Shown one piece after another: positions 1 through 20,374 of a stretch of 64,000 bases of DNA. The stretch covers positions 121,644,001 through 121,708,000 of the forward strand of contig OZ024743.1 of NCBI GenBank assembly GCA_964016885.1. Direction: 5' to 3'. Position numbers and translations under genes: made by a program. The notes under the pieces were generated by a model. The model was not told the DNA's origin. It worked only from the letters and a program-made list of their open reading frames with translations, and did no database searches. The DNA is from Eledone cirrhosa. Taxonomy: Eukaryota. The first letter of the stretch is position 1; every line of letters begins with the position of its first letter.

Positions 1-425
1 TTTCTCTCTCTCTCCGATATTTCTCCAGGTTTTCTTTCTCTTTTCTTTCTCTCTCTCTGTCATTGTTCTTTTCTCTCTCTCCGTCTTTTTTCTTTCTCTC
101 CGTCTTTTTCTAATTGTGCTTAACACTATGACTTATTATATAAACAAATCACTATCCAGACAGCCTCCAAAAGTAATGGTTGTATTTTAAAGGGTACGTC
201 AAACCTATTTGTAAAACTGTTATATATTGTATTTTGTCTGATGAAAGCATGCCATAATTTAATGTGGTATCCCTAAAATATGTATAATGAAATAAATATG
301 GTTTTATAAATATAGTTTCCATTTATTAATATCGTATATCTACTCCAAAAATTTGTCGAGTGCTTTATATCAGTTATAAAAATATTTACTTGTTGTATCC
401 CAACAACTTTAAATAGAACTTTTGC

Positions 426-426
<1 letters not shown>
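1..426 (+). mobile_element. 3' end (pyrimidine-rich UTR, pLTR family A, tail) of a Penelope-like element
   Basis: Homologous to the pLTR flanking the PLE ORF (6845-7130 minus, 10907-11100 plus); contains an HHR motif and runs directly into a (TA)n array. Confidence 0.8.
230..294 (+). ncRNA. Minimal type I hammerhead ribozyme, family A, core mutated (GAAA to AAAA)
   Basis: tattttgt-CTGATGA-stem II-AAAA-tatgta-TA-atgaaata; paralogous copies have GAAA. Confidence 0.7.
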
Positions 427-6850
<6,424 letters not shown>

Positions 6851-6979
6851 GCAAAGTTTTATTTAAATTGTTGGGTTACAACGAGTAAATATTTATAACT
6901 GATATAAAAGCACTCAACAAGTATTTGGAGTATATTTACGATATTAAATAAATGGAAACTATATTTATAAAACCATATT

Positions 6980-7045
6980 TATTTCATTATATATATTTCA
7001 GGGATATCATATTAAAAATATGGTATGCCTTCTTCAGACAAAATA
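6980..7045 (-). ncRNA. Minimal type I hammerhead ribozyme, family A (inverted pLTR)
   Basis: Reverse complement reads tattttgt-CTGAAGA-agg..cct-GAAA-tatata-TA-atgaaata. Confidence 0.85.
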
Positions 7046-7164
7046 CAATATAAACAGTCTTATAAATAGATAGATTTGACATACCTTACGACTTCAACTT
7101 CCATTTAAAAAGTTGATTTGGTAGTGAAAAATACTGTTGAGCGCTTTATATTATAACTGAAAAA

Positions 7165-8754
7165 ATGGAATTCTTTAAGATTTCTTCCTCTTTAAAAGAC
7201 ATACCTCTACCTAGAAACAAAGACTTTATTAAACAATTAATAGATAAATCGGACTCTTTTATAAGGAGAATCAGGTGGCGTGCATTCCACTTTGATAAAT
7301 CTAATATAAATGAAAATGTCTCGGACTTAGACAAAGTTTTCAAATCTAAAAAAAATCCACCCCCCAACAAACTTTTATTTGACTTTGAAAACGATATAAT
7401 TTCTATCATACAAGGAGTCAAATTCAAGAGAAACTTCAAAGGCCAGGAATATCTGAAAGGCATTAAGGATAATATTGAGAGCTTAGAGAAAACTGAGAAG
7501 ATCTTGGTGAAATCTGACAAGACCAACAACCTCTATGGAGTGCAAAAAGACATGTATAATGGCCTCATACTGAAAGAACTGAGGAAAAAGTACAAGGTAG
7601 CAGATAAGGCCGAGCTTGAGAACATGAATGTTGAGGCATCTTGTATAATGCATGAGTTGGAAATTGAGAACAGAACACAACCTTTCGTGCCCAGGAAACC
7701 GAAGATCAATATGAAAGATCACAAAAGAAATTTTGAAAATGACCTGCCAGTCAGATTGATTGCACCATCAAAATCTGACCTGGGTAAACTAAGCAAAAAC
7801 ATTCTAGACAGGGTGATACAGCAAATTAAAAACTTGAATTGTTTACCTAACTTGAGCTTGTGGAAGGGAACTGGAGAGGTTATTGAGTGGTTTAAAGAAA
7901 TTAAATATAACAATAATAATAAATTTATTCAACTAGATATTGCTAACTATTATTCATCTATTACCCCTTATCTACTAAATAAGGCACTAAATTACGCATT
8001 CAAACATACAGACCTAACTAGCAATGAAATGCACATTATATTATCGGCTAGGAAAACATTGATAGAATTTAATGACCAACTATGGACCAGAGCAGATAGA
8101 GATAACAATTTCGACATTACTATGGGATCATCCGACTCAGCTCAGGTAACTGACCTTGTGGGCCTATTTATAATCAATTCGCTGCATAGGAAAATACCTG
8201 GTGCTACCGGAGGTTTATATAGAGATGACATGCTTTTACTTATTGAAAATAATAACTCTGAACTAAATAGAAAAAGAAAACAAATTACACAATTTTTTAA
8301 TTACTTTAATCTAAAAATAGAAATTGAGAATAACCATAGAATAGTCAATTTCCTAGATGTAACATTAAATCTCAACACATGTCTTCACTATCCATTTCAC
8401 AAGTTGAATGAAAACTTAAACTATGTCAGTTTTAACTCTAACCACCCCAGATCTGTTAAAAATACTATAGTGAACTCTGTTCAAAAACGTATCTCTAGAA
8501 TCTCATCTAATAAAAAGATTTTCGACGAAAAAGCCCAGTATTACAATGAAGCGTTAGCTAGAGCAGGATATAGTGATAAAATTATGTACATAGATAATAA
8601 TAGACAAACTAACCAAAATAACAACAATTTTAATTACAGCAACAACTTTAACAACTATAATAGAAAGCATTACAATAATTCCAAAAACCAAAAAAGAAAT
8701 AGAACTAGGAATATAATATGGTTTGCCCCCCCCCCCCTTCTCACTAAACATTAA
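7165..8754 (+). CDS. PLE reverse transcriptase (N-terminal part of a frameshifted RT-EN ORF)
   Basis: Motifs PVRLI, QLDIANYYSSI, FDITMGSSDSAQVTDLVG, GLYRDD, NFLDVTLNL, SNHP. Confidence 0.92.
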   Translation: MEFFKISSSLKDIPLPRNKDFIKQLIDKSDSFIRRIRWRAFHFDKSNINENVSDLDKVFKSKKNPPPNKLLFDFENDIISIIQGVKFKRNFKGQEYLKGIKDNIESLEKTEKILVKSDKTNNLYGVQKDMYNGLILKELRKKYKVADKAELENMNVEASCIMHELEIENRTQPFVPRKPKINMKDHKRNFENDLPVRLIAPSKSDLGKLSKNILDRVIQQIKNLNCLPNLSLWKGTGEVIEWFKEIKYNNNNKFIQLDIANYYSSITPYLLNKALNYAFKHTDLTSNEMHIILSARKTLIEFNDQLWTRADRDNNFDITMGSSDSAQVTDLVGLFIINSLHRKIPGATGGLYRDDMLLLIENNNSELNRKRKQITQFFNYFNLKIEIENNHRIVNFLDVTLNLNTCLHYPFHKLNENLNYVSFNSNHPRSVKNTIVNSVQKRISRISSNKKIFDEKAQYYNEALARAGYSDKIMYIDNNRQTNQNNNNFNYSNNFNNYNRKHYNNSKNQKRNRTRNIIWFAPPPLLTKH

Positions 8755-9391
8755 AACCCACATCGCTAAACTATTTTTTAATGCTCTTGATAATCGCTTC
8801 CCTAGAACACATAGGTATCACTCAATTTTCAATAGACATACTATAAAATTAACTTACTCATCCACCAAAAATTTAGCACAAAATATTAATAGAATAAATA
8901 ATAGGAATTTAAAACCTAGCCAAAATACCGATAATAGCATAAATAATATCCAAGTAAACAAATGTAACTGTAGAGATAGATCTAAATGTCCGTTAAATAA
9001 CAATTGCTTAGTTAAAAATATAATATACAACTGTAATGTTAAAACGGACTTAAATTCTTTTAACTATGTTGGTTCCACCTCGACAGAATTTAAACTTCGC
9101 TATAATAACCACAAGAATTCTTTCACAGATCCAAGCAAAAAATCTTCAACATCACTATCAGGCTTACTCTGGCAACTTAAGCATGATAACGTTGGATATT
9201 CGACGGCTTGGAATATAGTCTCAAGAGGGATTCCTTTTAATTCATCCTCTGAGACATGTGACCTCTGCGCGGAGGAGATATTCTTTATACTAAAATCTAA
9301 AAATTCCCTTAATTTACGGACAAATTTATTCAGTTGCTGCAGACATAGATTGAACTCAACTTTTAAATATAAATATAAATTTAAAATGTAG
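8723..9391 (+). CDS. PLE linker and GIY-YIG endonuclease (continues after a frameshift in the C12 run at 8726-8737)
   Basis: IFNRHTIKLTYS, CNCRDRSKC (CxCx5C), NIIY..YVGST..FKLRYNNH, CDLC, LNLRTNLFSCCRH. Confidence 0.9.
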   Translation: MPPPPFSLNIKTHIAKLFFNALDNRFPRTHRYHSIFNRHTIKLTYSSTKNLAQNINRINNRNLKPSQNTDNSINNIQVNKCNCRDRSKCPLNNNCLVKNIIYNCNVKTDLNSFNYVGSTSTEFKLRYNNHKNSFTDPSKKSSTSLSGLLWQLKHDNVGYSTAWNIVSRGIPFNSSSETCDLCAEEIFFILKSKNSLNLRTNLFSCCRHRLNSTFKYKYKFKM

Positions 9392-9430
9392 TATATTTAC
9401 TTATGATTTATAATTATTTATGAAACTCGC

Positions 9431-9612
9431 GGTGGATTGGCAGTATCGGTAGAGGGTCGGACGCCATGCTTTCCAGCATAGTTACGTCCCTTTACCATCT
9501 GAGTTCAAATCCCGCCGAGGTTGACTTTGCCTTTCATCCTTACGGGGTCGATAAAATAAAGTACCAGTAATGCACTGGTAATTGCTGGCCTTGTGCCTAA
9601 AGTAGAAACAAT
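9431..9612 (+). mobile_element. tRNA-derived SINE (family 1) inserted in the PLE 3' UTR
   Basis: A-box-like TGGCAGTATCGG and B-box GTTCAAATCC; duplicated flank tttatgaaactcgc. Other copies near 16935, 20830, 21083, 24855(-), 28790-29400(-, three), 29878, 31658, 33255, 35450, 44307. Confidence 0.85.
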
Positions 9613-10713
9613 TATTTATGAAACTCGCCGATAAATCTTTCGATTTCTTTTTTTTTTTAAACATTCTTCATGAATAATTAAACTACCCTAAAGGCTGATG
9701 CTCCAAATATATCGAATAAATTTTACACTAGATAAACTTCTATAATAAATATAAGACCATCTGTAGATCAAATGGGTATCCTAAACTTTTGGAATGATTT
9801 CTGCTAGACAGGATTTGGTAAATAATTTTGGTTTTGTTTGCTTTTGATTCTGATGCTTATAATGAACTTGGCAATATATTGTCAATTAATTTTGAAGGGT
9901 TGATCTCTGTGGTTGATTTGCGGGGCATACTGTGTTTTATTTTTAATATTTTTTTATTTTTTGATATTTTTATTGATATATTGATATCTGTTGTCTATTT
10001 ATGCTTGAACGATAATTATGTAGAGTAAAGACAAGAATAGTATTGTTAAAATTAATGTAGATTCTATATATATTTGTGTGTATGTACACATATATGTATA
10101 CTAGAATTTTTATAGCACAATGAGAATGTTTTCATGTGAAATAGGAATTTGCAGAGTTGATCACGTAAATTCACATGGAAGTCTATAGTATCGAATCTGG
10201 GATAACCTTCTATTTTCTTTTTCTTTTTCTTTTTTCATGAAAGTGCATATATACTTATGTATTTCAATTTTTTTTTAAGTTTTTTATCTGTTTTTTATCT
10301 CAGTTTTTTTTAACTCAGTTTTTTATCTCAGCTCTGACATAAACCTAGGAATTTTAAACTAGACATATGATCATTATTTTTCACACATTATTGATACGTG
10401 TCTCATTCATGAATACTGATATTTACATTATAATACCTAATTCATACGAATTGATATTTTTACATTGATGAAACATAATGTTTTAAATCTGCCTCGTTTA
10501 TCTCTGGATATTTTTCTTTTCTCTCTATGTAACGGCTGTTTTCTCTCCTAACCACATATATCTCTCTCTACCTTAATACTAGAACTAAATAAATAAATAA
10601 ATAAATAAATAAATATATCATTGATACGTCATTCAACTGGTGCCCAACTACCTATTTTTTCTCTCTATCTCTATCTATATCTATCTCTCTCTACTTTTTT
10701 TCTCTCTCTCTTT

Positions 10714-10748
<35 letters not shown>

Positions 10749-10992
10749 CTGTGTTTTTTCTCTCTCTATCTATCTCTCTCTGTTTCTTTACATGAATTTC
10801 TTCTCTCTATCTATCTCTCTATATCTATCTCTCTCTATTTAGTTGCATGCATTTCTTCTTTTTCTTCGCTTTTTTTCTTTCTTTCTTTTTATAACTGTCC
10901 CTAACATTTTTCACTACCGAATCAACTTTTTAAATGGAAGTTGAAGTCGTAAGGTATGTCAAATCTATCTATTTATAAGACTGTTTATATTG

Positions 10993-11058
10993 TATTTTGT
11001 CTGAAGAAGGCATACCATATTTTTAATATGATATCCCTGAAATATATATAATGAAATA
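10993..11058 (+). ncRNA. Minimal type I hammerhead ribozyme, family A (3' pLTR)
   Basis: tattttgt-CTGAAGA-aggcatacca..atatccct-GAAA-tatata-TA-atgaaata; 8-bp stem I with GU pairs. Confidence 0.87.
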
Positions 11059-11100
11059 AATATGGTTTTATAAATATAGTTTCCATTTATTTAATATCGT

Positions 11101-12597
<1,497 letters not shown>

Positions 12598-12746
12598 AGA
12601 TTTTGAGTTTATGTTGGTTGTATACCAACACCTCAGTATGCAGGCTGGAGCACTCGACGAAGTGCGCAGGTTGGTTTGGTTACTCCGGAGTAGTGTAAAA
12701 TAAAGTTAAATAAAAGTCAAATGATTAAAATTTAGCTTCGTTTATT

Positions 12747-12801
12747 ACTGCTATATATATTTCAGTGACAGCCATCTTTGGCTGTGACCTCTTCAGGCAG
12801 T
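12747..12801 (-). ncRNA. Minimal type I hammerhead ribozyme, family B
   Basis: Reverse complement of 13590-13644. Confidence 0.87.
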
Positions 12802-13589
12802 TTGAATTAGTATGGTATAGACAAGTACATATGTTGTTTAGGTGTATGATATTGTCAATACTCTGATATGCCCAGTTCCTTGTTGGGTTGTTAATTCACT
12901 GGGGAACTGGAGTCATATGAATTCAAACAAACGAATTTTCGTGTCACAGGTCCCCTTCTCCTCTCATTGGTCAGTTATTAGAACATTCTTCATTCTAAGT
13001 GTTGTTATTGTTGGAGTTAGCTTAAAAATTGATAAAATGGTAGAAGGGACAAGGTGTTGAAGGAACAAAATATCAAAAAATGTGTCAAACTTCCCATTGT
13101 TCAGTTCTGAGAGCATTCCTCAGTCAGAAGTCTATAGAATTCTTTCTGGGATGAGGCTCCCTGTGGTGTTTTTGCCTGCTATTGTTCAGTACATTTGACC
13201 TCCACCATTATTTTGGTACTGTTGTTGTTGTAGTGGTCAGCTTATATCTTGCTGCTGCTAACAATTTAGAAGTATCCAGTTTGTTTGTGTTTTCTCTTCC
13301 TCCCACCTCTGACTGAGGAATGCTCTCAGAACTGAACAATGGGAAGTTTGAAGCAATGGGAATTTTTAAGCTAACTCCAACAATAACAACACTTAGAATG
13401 AAGAATGTTCTAATAACTGACCAATGAGAGGAGAAGGGGACCTGTGACACGAAAATTCGTTTGTTTGAATTCATATGACTCCAGTTCACCAGTGAATTAA
13501 CAACCCAACAAGGAACTGGGCATATCAGAGTATTGACAATATCATACACCTAAACAACATATGTACTTGTCTATACCATACTAATTCAA

Positions 13590-13644
13590 ACTGCCTGAAG
13601 AGGTCACAGCCAAAGATGGCTGTCACTGAAATATATATAGCAGT
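13590..13644 (+). ncRNA. Minimal type I hammerhead ribozyme, family B
   Basis: actgc-CTGAAGA-ggtcacagcca(aaga)tggctgtcact-GAAA-tatata-TA-gcagt. Confidence 0.88.
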
Positions 13645-13765
13645 AATAAACGAAGCTAAATTTTAATCATATACATATATATATAGATATACATATACAT
13701 ATATATATAGATATAGATATACATATACATATACATATATATATATATATATATATAGATATACA

Positions 13766-13960
13766 TCTTTGGACAAATTCCTCCAAGTAATCCCGGACAA
13801 ACCACCCACACCCGGATATGTCTCCGCAAACAGTAATTCTCTTCTCGAATGGGCCATGGTGCCCAAATCCTGAATTGAAAGACTTCGCCAGGTGGTGCTA
13901 TTAAGTTAGACATGGCCTGGGCCAATACTGGCCAAAACATTTCAAAGTTATTCAAAGTTA
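13766..13960 (+). mobile_element. 3' end of a CR1/L2-group LINE
   Basis: Translates [28 protein letters not shown]; ends in tandem ttcaaagtta. Confidence 0.6.
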
Positions 13961-14033
13961 TATAGATATACATATATAGATATACATATATAGATATACA
14001 TATATAGATATACATATATAGATATACATATAT

Positions 14034-14092
<59 letters not shown>

Positions 14093-14129
14093 GATATACA
14101 TATATACATATATATATATATATAGAGAT

Positions 14130-14162
<33 letters not shown>

Positions 14163-14790
14163 TATATATATAGATATACATATATACATATATATATAGA
14201 TATACATATATATATATATATATAGATATACATATATATAGATATATAGATATACATATATATATATATATATAGATATACATATATATATATATAGAGA
14301 GAGATATACATATATATATATAGATATACATATATATATATATAGATATACATATATATATATATATAGATATACATATATATATATATAGATATACATA
14401 TATATATATATATAGATATACATATATATATATATATATATAGATATACATATATATATATATATAGATATACACATATATATATATATAGATATACATA
14501 TATATATATATATATAGATATACATATATATATATAGATATACATATATATATATATAGATATACATATATATATATAGAGAGAGATATACATATATATA
14601 TATAGAGAGAGATATACACACATATATATATAGAGAGATATACACACATATATACATAGAGAGATATACATATATATAGAGAGATATATATATATATATA
14701 TATATAGATATACATATATATATATAGATATACATATATATATAGATGTAGAAGCCATTTCTATATTTCTCTATTAAATATATATATATA

Positions 14791-15206
14791 TCATCATCAT
14801 CATCATCATTTTATGTCCGCTTTTCCCTGCTGGCAAGGGTGGGACGGGTCTTATTCAGCACAGCATCTCTCCACTCGTCACGGTCCCTCGTCATCTCCAC
14901 CGTGAGCTTCAATGATCTGAGGTCTGTTCTCACCACCTCCGCCCATGTTTTTCGTGGTCTATCTCTACCACGTCTTCCTTCAACTGGCATTTCCTGGCAC
15001 TTCTTCACCCATCAGTCATCCTCCATGCGCATCACATGTCCATACCACCTCAGTCTCCTCTCCAGTACACTACATTCTATCCCTCTCAGACACAGTTTCT
15101 CTCTCAACACATTTATGATGGGTTGTTCACGCACATTTACACTGCACATCCAACGGAGCATGCTTGCCTCATTTCTCTCCAGCCGTCGCATATCCTCTGC
15201 AGTTGC

Positions 15207-15208
<2 letters not shown>
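14791..15208 (-). mobile_element. RTE-clade LINE 3' fragment
   Basis: MRRLERNEASMLRWMC..RRLRWYGHVMRM..GRRGRDRPRKTW; (GAT)n tail. Confidence 0.85.
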
Positions 15209-15273
<65 letters not shown>

Positions 15274-17749
15274 GCGAGAATCGTATTTCGGGTATTGGAA
15301 ATTAGCGAAAAAACAACTTCCGAGATGTGTGGCGAGCGCTCCATAGAAGCTAGTGAACTAGAGCAACAACATAAGTTAAAAGGCCATATATATATATATA
15401 TATATATATATAGTTCTATATGAGCAATATATATATAGTTCTATATGAGCAAGACATGGTTACCTGACCCAACCTGCTTCTAATGGGACAACCCATCTAA
15501 CCAATGTTAGCATGGAAAATAGATGTTAATCGATGATGATGATGATAATGATATATATAGTTGTGTCAAGGAAACATTGCCAAAAATGGGTCAAGAGAAC
15601 ACTTCAGTTACGTCAAGGGCACTACAACCTCTCTAGTGTTGGAAATATGATAAAACACACCCAGTACACTCTGTAGAATAAGGAAATGTATATAAGCAAA
15701 ATGCACTTCCTCCACCCTTCCCCGGCCCATCTAAGTGGCTCTGGCTAAATACTGACTTTGTAACAGTCTGTTCACCCCTATCTGGCAAGGAACATGGATA
15801 TTAAATGATGATGAAGTTGATGATAATGATGGTGATGATACTTATGTGTGTGTGTATGTGTGTGAGTGTGTGTGCATGAATGTGGTACATGTGTGTATGA
15901 ATGTGTATGTATGTTTATATTTCGAGCAATGGCTATACTCAAGTGCTAAGTGGCTGCCATCATATATAAGTATATATATAATAGATATAAAATGATGATG
16001 ATAATATCATCCTATATATATATATATATATATATATATAGGATGATATCATCATCATCATTTTATATCTATTTTTAATGCTATGCTTGTATGTATGTAT
16101 CATCATCATCAACAACAGCATCATTTTACATTCCCTTTCTATGTTTTATGTCGGCACTGATAAGACAGGTTGTTACAGAGCTAGTTAGTCAGCTCTGTGT
16201 CATGCTGATTCTGCCCGCAGATTACATTCCAAGTACACTTGTCTGTGGAATTCTCAGCCAATTACATGCTAATACAATGAGTAGTTAATTCAGTTGATCA
16301 AACAACTAAAGTATTCATCTTGGAAACCAATAGAGAGTTCACTTTTGTTTCTTCTTATTCAGACATATTCAATTAATGAAAGAAATTGAATATACCTGCA
16401 CACTTACACATACACACACACATGCATGCATGCATGCATGCATGCACACACACAAACACACATATGTAGACAAACAAACAGATATACAAGCATACACATA
16501 CTTTAAGTAGCAAATTCTCTTGCTAATTAATCATACTTAATGAAAGCAATGTTAAAAAACAATAGTGAATCTCTTTGATTAAGAGCATTCTATTTCCTTT
16601 GAGATATTTTTTTGTAGTTTTAAAAAGGACTATGACTTTTAAATGTATTAAAGTGTAACACACTATTCAGTGTGTTGTCAAACATACATATTATGTTGAA
16701 GGATTCAGAAATGTAGATTAAATTAGCACAATTATTACGATGTTAGAATTATTATGTAATTGTCTCTGAATGCTTTTATTATGTCAAGGTTGTGAAATAC
16801 ATGGCATTCACTGTCAACCCATTCAATGGATTTTAAATATATTGTTGTTGAAAACAGTAGTTTCATTGAACAAAAAAACTTTTAAACAACATTGCAATGA
16901 CTGTATCATTATTATCATTATCATTATCAAAGACAGTGGATTGGCAGTATCGGTAGAGGGTCGGATGCCATGCTTTCCAGCATAGTTACGTCCCTTAACG
17001 ATCTGAGTTCAAATCCCGCTGAGGTTGACTTTGCTTTTCATCCTTACGGGGTCGATAAAATAAAGTACCAGTAATGCACTGGGTAATTGCTGGCCTTGTG
17101 CCAAAAAGTAGAAACAATTATTATCATTTTTTACATTGACTTTACCATGTTAATATAGGTTTGACGGGATGTTTTGGAACAATGTTTTACATCTGGATGC
17201 CTTCCTGATACTAAATCATTCATTTGCCTTTTATGACATGCAGAGATATGGTGTACCTAATCTAAAAATCAGGATGCACATAAATATATAGATTTACATA
17301 TATATATCTAACAGGATATATATATATATATACATACAAATACACACTCAGTCAGTAGATCCCTCAATGAAACATACACCCCAACCTACTACCCTACTCT
17401 ATCCTTCCACTCCAGCCAACACCACCCTTTCTCTATAAAGTTATGTTGGTACCACAACATCCAGTCCAAACTAATGAGGTCATGTAGGTGTCACGACAAA
17501 AAAAACACACAGTCCACGCTGTAATGTGGTCGTGTAGGCAACACGGTAAAAACCTCCCAGCCCCACACTGTAAATGTGGTTGGTGTTAGGAAGGGCATCC
17601 AGCTGTAGAAAACCTGCCAGATAGTCCTATACTAGCGAGACACGGTCACCCGACCAATCTTGCCTCAAGTGGAACAATTCCCATCTAAACCATGCTAGTG
17701 TGGAAGATAGACATTAAACAATGATGATGATGAAGACAATGATGTGGTA

Positions 17750-18150
17750 AAAAAAACGGGAAGTTATATCCAAAATTGGTAGAGCCCTCAGTCCAAATGA
17801 CAAGTTCGGTATATATTAAGTTTGACAACAAATTAGCAAACCATGGTTGAGAACACGTGTTTCACCCAAAGGATTCTTTAACTTGTGTATGGTTATAATG
17901 AGAACAGAAGTATTTATGAGCTGGCTGGATTCTGTGCAGCTGATGTTGGTATTTGAAGGACAAGGGAGACAACTCAACTAGGCTTTTTTAGAGGGGACAA
18001 CTTTTAAAGAACGATCACTTGTGATAGTTCAGAATCCAGCCAGCTCATAAATACTTCCATTCTCACTTTCACCATACATGAGCTGAAGAATCCTTCAAGT
18101 GAAACACGTGTTCTCAACTATAGGTTGCTAATTTTTTGTGGAACTAACTA
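17750..18150. mobile_element. Degenerate fold-back PLE derivative with two head-to-head HHR pLTRs
   Basis: ~17830-17935 is inverted at ~18030-18135; HHR remnants at 17848-17885(-) and 18079-18116(+); tail homologous to 60375-60430. Confidence 0.7.
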
Positions 18151-18151
18151 A

Positions 18152-18329
<178 letters not shown>

Positions 18330-18611
18330 TACTTTGATGCTAAACCCCACCAGTTGCAGACTGCACATCAACATGAGATATTTTTCTCCACAGAGTTCGA
18401 TCACCAACAGCAGAGTTTAAAGAGGAAAGATCAAATCCAGTTCATAGGTTGATATTATCAAGCCATCGTTTTGGCTGCCGGCCTCTGCTTCTCTTACCAG
18501 CCAACCTTATATATAAATATTCAGAAAGCAGCATCTGTAAAGTTTGATGTATCATGTCTAATGAACCACTGGTAAAGCATGAATATGTTCAACCCAAAAT
18601 ATATATATAGT

Positions 18612-19082
18612 TGTCACGACAAAAAAACACACAGTCCACGCTGTAATGTGGCCGTGTAGGCAACACGGTAAAAACCTCCCAGTCCCACACTGTAAATGTG
18701 GTTGGGTTAGGAAGGACATCCAGCTGTAGAAAACCCGCCAGACAGTCCACGCTGTAATGTGGCCGTGTAGGCAACACGGTAAAAACCTCCCAGCCCCACA
18801 CTGTAAATGTGGTTGGTGTTAGGAAGGGCATCCAACTGTAGAAAACCCGCCAGACAGTCCACGCTGTAATGTGGCCGTGTAGGCAACACGGTAAAAACCT
18901 CCCAGCCCCACACTGTAAATGTGGTTGGTGTTAGGAAGGGCATCCAGCTGTAGAAAACCCGCCAGACAGTCCTATGCGAGCAAGACAACCACTCTTGCCT
19001 CAAGTGGGAAAACCCCCGTCCAAACCCATGCAAGCGTGGAACAGGGACGTTAAACGATGATGATGATGATGATGATGATGAT
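18612..19082 (+). mobile_element. SINE body with three tandem ~113-bp units and an RTE-type (GAT)n tail
   Basis: Units start near 18631, 18743 and 18856; single-unit paralogue at 17490-17735. Confidence 0.75.
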
Positions 19083-19427
19083 AGTGTACCCCCAGCATTT
19101 GTGGCCCTGATTATTTGCGGAATTTTCCTTAGAACCTAACTAATAGTTGTTCGTGGAAACCACTACATATTCGCGTAACCGTAAATATCTTCCACGATTC
19201 TTTTATGGCTTTTTTCGCGGCAATATATATTTTTTAACGCTAAATTATTAATAACAATATACTGTATTTGCCAGCATATCGGACGCCCCTTCGCAAAAGA
19301 CGCTCCCTCTTTTTTTATTATATTTTGACATTTATAGGCATTTTTATGGACCACGTCCAATATTCGCGATTTTTCACTTTTGGATGCTCTAGGAACGTAG
19401 CCACCACAAATACCGAGGGACTACTGT
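19082..19427. mobile_element. Tigger/pogo-like MITE remnant
   Basis: Right end cgagggactactg-TA resembles a Tigger TIR; left TIR degenerate. Confidence 0.45.
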
Positions 19428-20374
19428 ATATATTAAGATTATTTTGCTACTATATCAAGCATTAAACTAATATATATCTTCTTTGTACTCTTTTGTTTTG
19501 CTGTGTTGTTCCATATACCTTTTGCATATATATATATATATATAATCATCATCATCATCATCATCATCATCATTGTTTAACATCTATCTTCCACGCTAGC
19601 ATGGGTTAGACAGGAATTGTCCCACTTGAGGCAAGATTGATCGGGTGACCATGTCTTACTCATATACGACTGTATCTGGCAGGTTTTCTATGGCTGGATG
19701 CCCTTCCTAATACCAACCACATTTACAGTGTGGACTGGGAGCCTTTTTACCGTGTCTCCTACATTTACTAGGTGTATTGTAGCTCAATGCAAAGATAGGA
19801 TCATGCAGAGCTGTTATATAATTACAATTTATTTACAAAACAAAAATTAAAAATTCAAGGCATTTAATTACTAACAATTGTTTCTTCCCACGGTAATATA
19901 CCACATATCGCAAATCATTTTATTTAACAATTTGCCATTAGTGAGCTTAGACTATGGGTGTCATCAGAGTTTAATTAAAATACCTACACAAAACACTGAA
20001 GAAAAAAAACAGATAATACATATCACTCATCAAAATATCAAAATAAATCAGTTACAAATATAGATCAAAGAATATCATAGTCTAAAAATACTGTGTCAGT
20101 TGTGTTAGAAGTTGTTGGAATTTATAGGGAAAAAATGTAATAGTTCTAAAAGTATGATGACATTTGTCATCATCATCATCATCATCATTTAACGTCAATC
20201 TTCCATGCTAGCATGGGTTAGACTTGTATTAAAAGTTATTTGGAATAGTAATAGTTTTCCTAATATGAATTAGAATTTATAGAGTTTTAACAAAACAATA
20301 TTCATATTTAGCCTGAACAGTTGTTAATAATTAATGTTTAATTTTTAGTTTGTAAGCAAATTGTAACTCATTTC

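Larger units (their letters stand above)
12598..13670. mobile_element. Non-coding fold-back PLE derivative: two head-to-head pLTRs (family B)
   Basis: ~12721-13030 is a near-perfect inverted repeat of ~13362-13670, each with an HHR; tail 12598-12720 only on the left arm; (TA)n flanks. Confidence 0.85.

Noticed and set aside
12842-13549. Two ORFs with identical N-termini on opposite strands
   Set aside because: Consequence of the inverted repeat; no recognisable protein motif
18500-18545. Possible PTGR3 next exon (tttacag followed by AF.EY-like sequence)
   Set aside because: Frame contains a stop and lacks the expected G.GEVV start
18612-18975. Regularly spaced repeats resembling a CRISPR array
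   Set aside because: No unique spacers; eukaryotic SINE-derived tandem repeat
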